From Syntrophomonadaceae bacterium (GTDB taxonomy: Bacteria; Bacillota; Dethiobacteria; DTU022; UBA8154): a stretch of 35,681 bases of DNA. Positions 33,575 through 35,681 of this stretch are shown here, one piece after another (position 1 is the first letter of the stretch; every line of letters starts with the position of its first letter). Below the pieces are notes generated by a model. It saw only the letters and a program-made list of their open reading frames with translations, searched no databases and was not told the origin of the DNA. The position numbers were made by a program, and so were the translations under genes. Location: positions 1 through 35,681 of the forward strand of contig SKTJ01000079.1 of the NCBI GenBank assembly GCA_007122565.1, written 5' to 3'.

Positions 33575-35305
33575 ATGAGTGAAACAACTTTGCAACCCAT
33601 GGAAAAAGAAATAATTCTGGAAATCGGTAACGCTTCCATCAATGCCGCTTCCCAGTCTCTGGCCTCTTTTGTCAGCGGAGCGATAAATGTGCAGCCGCCC
33701 GATTTAAAGCTCATTAGCATGGATGATTTATCAAAAATGGTGGAAAAGGGGCTGTTTGCCCGGATTGTTTTCAGTGAGGGTTTGACAGGGCAGCAGTTTC
33801 TCTTTTTTCCAGCAGAGAGCGGAGCGCTCCTTGCAGCCCTGCTACTGGGAAAAGAGCCGCCGGCTGAACCTCCGGAGGCACCTGATAAAATGGAAGAAAG
33901 TGCTCTGAGTGAGGTTGTGGGGATGCTGATGGGGGTCTACACCACATCCCTCTCCGGTTTTATTGGCGGTACGGTGGGGATTGATCCACCACAAACCAAA
34001 TACATTTCCCCGGCAGAGCATGATTTTGCTGCCTCAGGTTTTAAAGAGCAGGAACAATGGGTTGAGTTACGGTTTACCTTTGAGTTTGAGTCTGATTACA
34101 AGGCGATTTATTTCCATTATATTCCTTATTATTTTATGAAAGAAATTATCGCACCACTCATGCCGGAACAGAGTGACGGGGAAGTGCAGCAGGATACTAT
34201 GGCTGTACCGGATGCAGAACGGGCAGCTTTAACTGGTCATAAAGAGCTACCGGCAATGGAAGAAGCCCTGAGTGCGATGCAGAAGGATGCTTTGGCCGAG
34301 ATCGGAAACATTTCACTGGGAGCATCGGCTACGGCTCTTTCCGAGTTACTAAACAGGAGGGTGCAAATAACCACTCCCGCATTATCATTGACAACAATGG
34401 GGGATGTTCGAGCCAACTATCCTGTCCCCTGCCTTGTAATTACGGTTAACTATATTAAGGGACTTGCAGGCTACAATGTCCTGATTCTCAACAATGATGA
34501 TGCCCTCACTATCGTGGGGGTAATGATGGGCATGGAGCCTCCTGATAAGCCCCCCCAAATGGGGGAAATGGAATTGTCGGGTATTGGTGAGGCCATGAAC
34601 CAGATGATGGGTACATCGGCTACAGCTATGTCCAATTTATTTGGCAGGCTCATAGATATCTCTCCCCCTCACGTGGAAATCAAGGATTTAAAAAGTGAAT
34701 CACTGGATACTTCTGAAATGGATGATGATAGCATGGTGGTAAAGGTTGCGTTTCATATGGAAGTGGAAGGGTTGCTGGACAGTCATTTGCTGCAACTGAT
34801 TCCACTTCCTTTTGCAAAGGAGATGGCCGATTCTCTGCTTGTCGACATGGATTATTCAGAGCCGGGCAGTAATGCCGGTATCGATGATAGTATGGCAGAC
34901 AGTATCAAGGGGGATTTTGCAACGCAGTCAGATTCTGCCGCAGACGATAAAGAAGAAGAGGGCATGTTATCCGATTTCGAAATATTCGCCCGTGCCTCAG
35001 ACGTGGAACAGGCACCAGAAACGCCTCCGGGCGCTGCATCTTCCACCACTCCGGCGGATCACGATTACTCCCGTATCGATATGATTAGGGATATTCCTAT
35101 AAATATTCATGTTTTACTGGGCAAGACACGGCTGCCCTTGAAGAAAGTTTTTTCGCTGCTACCCGGCGAAATCATAACCCTGGAGCGTTACCTTGGGGAA
35201 TCAGTGGAGATTTATGCCAATGACCACTTGGTGGCCAAAGGGGAGGTGGTTATAGTTAACGGACAAGTTGGTATAAAGATAATCGATATATTTCGGTCCC
35301 AATAA
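33575..35305 (+). CDS. fliY: FliY-like switch protein: two CheC-like domains, an acidic linker and a FliN/SpoA domain (576 aa)
   Basis: Four CheC-type half-site motifs: EIILEIGN..x22..P, SALSEVVG (degenerate), DALAEIGN..x22..P and SGIGEAMN..x22..P. C-terminal SpoA domain INIHVLLGKTRLPLKKVFSLLPGEIITLERYLGESVEIYANDHLVAKGEVVIVNGQVGIKIIDI. Confidence 0.85.
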   Translation: MSETTLQPMEKEIILEIGNASINAASQSLASFVSGAINVQPPDLKLISMDDLSKMVEKGLFARIVFSEGLTGQQFLFFPAESGALLAALLLGKEPPAEPPEAPDKMEESALSEVVGMLMGVYTTSLSGFIGGTVGIDPPQTKYISPAEHDFAASGFKEQEQWVELRFTFEFESDYKAIYFHYIPYYFMKEIIAPLMPEQSDGEVQQDTMAVPDAERAALTGHKELPAMEEALSAMQKDALAEIGNISLGASATALSELLNRRVQITTPALSLTTMGDVRANYPVPCLVITVNYIKGLAGYNVLILNNDDALTIVGVMMGMEPPDKPPQMGEMELSGIGEAMNQMMGTSATAMSNLFGRLIDISPPHVEIKDLKSESLDTSEMDDDSMVVKVAFHMEVEGLLDSHLLQLIPLPFAKEMADSLLVDMDYSEPGSNAGIDDSMADSIKGDFATQSDSAADDKEEEGMLSDFEIFARASDVEQAPETPPGAASSTTPADHDYSRIDMIRDIPINIHVLLGKTRLPLKKVFSLLPGEIITLERYLGESVEIYANDHLVAKGEVVIVNGQVGIKIIDIFRSQ

Positions 35306-35310
35306 TAACG

Positions 35311-35441
35311 GGTAACTGTCCCGAAAATGCTAAAACAAGTTGGAAAGTTGGACAGGAAAAGATAAAACCTGGCAAAACCGAACATTCCGGCCATTTTCAT
35401 TGTCTGATGTGCCGCCACCGCAGGGGCGGCATGGGGGTCTA
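35311..35441 (+). repeat. Repeat family C copy 3 (fliY-cheW gap), two octamer units
   Basis: GTAACTGTCCCGAAAATGCTAAAACAAGTTGGAAAGTTGGACAGGAAAAGATAAA...GAACATTCCGGCCATTTTCATTGTCTGATGTGCCGCCACCGCAGGGGCGGCATGGGGGTCTA. Confidence 0.9.
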
Positions 35442-35493
35442 CCCTGAAAGCACAGTCGAAAGTCTAAAATCAAGGCCACATTAGGATCTTTTG

Positions 35494-35527
35494 CTTGAGA
35501 CTGCGGTTTCGAACAGGTATCCTGCAC
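35494..35527 (+). repeat. Repeat family B copy 2
   Basis: CTTGAGACTGCGGTTTCGAACAGGTATCCTGCAC, versus 6618-6653 CTTGAGACTGCGGTTTCGAACAGGTATCCTGAACCC. Confidence 0.9.
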
Positions 35528-35581
35528 TCCGGGGTTACACCTGAACAGTTACAAAAACAGTAAATAAAGAGGTGACTTACG

Positions 35582-35681
35582 ATGACGGAAAAAAATATAC
35601 CCGCAGAAGTGCAGATGGTGGCATTTAAATTGGAAAAAGAAGAGTTTGCCGTAGATATAAAGCAGGTGCGGGAAGTCTTGA
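35582..35681 (+). CDS. cheW: Chemotaxis coupling protein CheW, N-terminal part (runs off the window)
   Basis: My own translation: MTEKNIPAEVQMVAFKLEKEEFAVDIKQVREVL, a classic CheW N-terminus. RBS AAAGAGGTG lies 6 nt upstream. It is absent from the ORF track because there is no stop codon in the window. Confidence 0.8.
   Translation, partial: MTEKNIPAEVQMVAFKLEKEEFAVDIKQVREVL

Noticed and set aside
5983-35441. CRISPR array as an explanation for the tandem short repeats
   Set aside because: The units are only 6-8 nt and directly abut each other with no spacers. There are no 25-40 nt repeats with unique spacers and no cas genes.
35212-35527. Two minus-strand ORFs (68 and 65 aa) over repeat family C copy 3 and family B copy 2
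   Set aside because: They are encoded by non-coding repeats, and the frame is not conserved between repeat copies.

Overview
The whole 35.7-kb window is one flagellar/motility supercluster, with every gene on the + strand. It looks like a Gram-positive, Clostridia/Peptococcaceae-type organism with roughly 50% GC by eye; the species cannot be named from the sequence alone. Gene order: flagellin (3' part) - yjfB-like - unknown ORF - flaG - fliD - fliS - fliT-position ORF | terminator | flgB flgC fliE fliF fliG fliH fliI fliJ fliK flgD flg_new flgE | motA motB fliL fliN-like fliO fliP fliQ fliR flhB | flhA flhF flhG PilZ-brake fliA TM/HTH-like ORF | sigma-28 promoter | flgF-like flgG-like fliM fliN fliY-like (tandem CheC) cheW (5' part). 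I found no tRNA, rRNA, CRISPR array, transposase or integrase. Protein calls rest on motifs read directly from the ORF translations. Two things stand out. (1) Many intercistronic gaps are unusually long (130-260 nt). They are built from at least six families of short non-coding repeats (here called A-F) that recur between different flagellar genes in both orientations. These include a ~210-nt rod-like inverted-repeat element, GGA-rich octamer arrays of variable copy number, and heptamer arrays that read as SD-like AGGAG on one strand and anti-SD CUCCU on the other. (2) The switch-complex gene set is unusual. There are three FliN/SpoA-domain proteins, three proteins with an N-terminal LSQxEIDALL CheY-P-binding peptide, and a 576-aa FliY-like protein that appears to carry two CheC-like domains. 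Whether the repeats are a genome-wide REP/MITE-like family or a flagellar-specific RNA-level system cannot be decided without the rest of the genome and transcript data.
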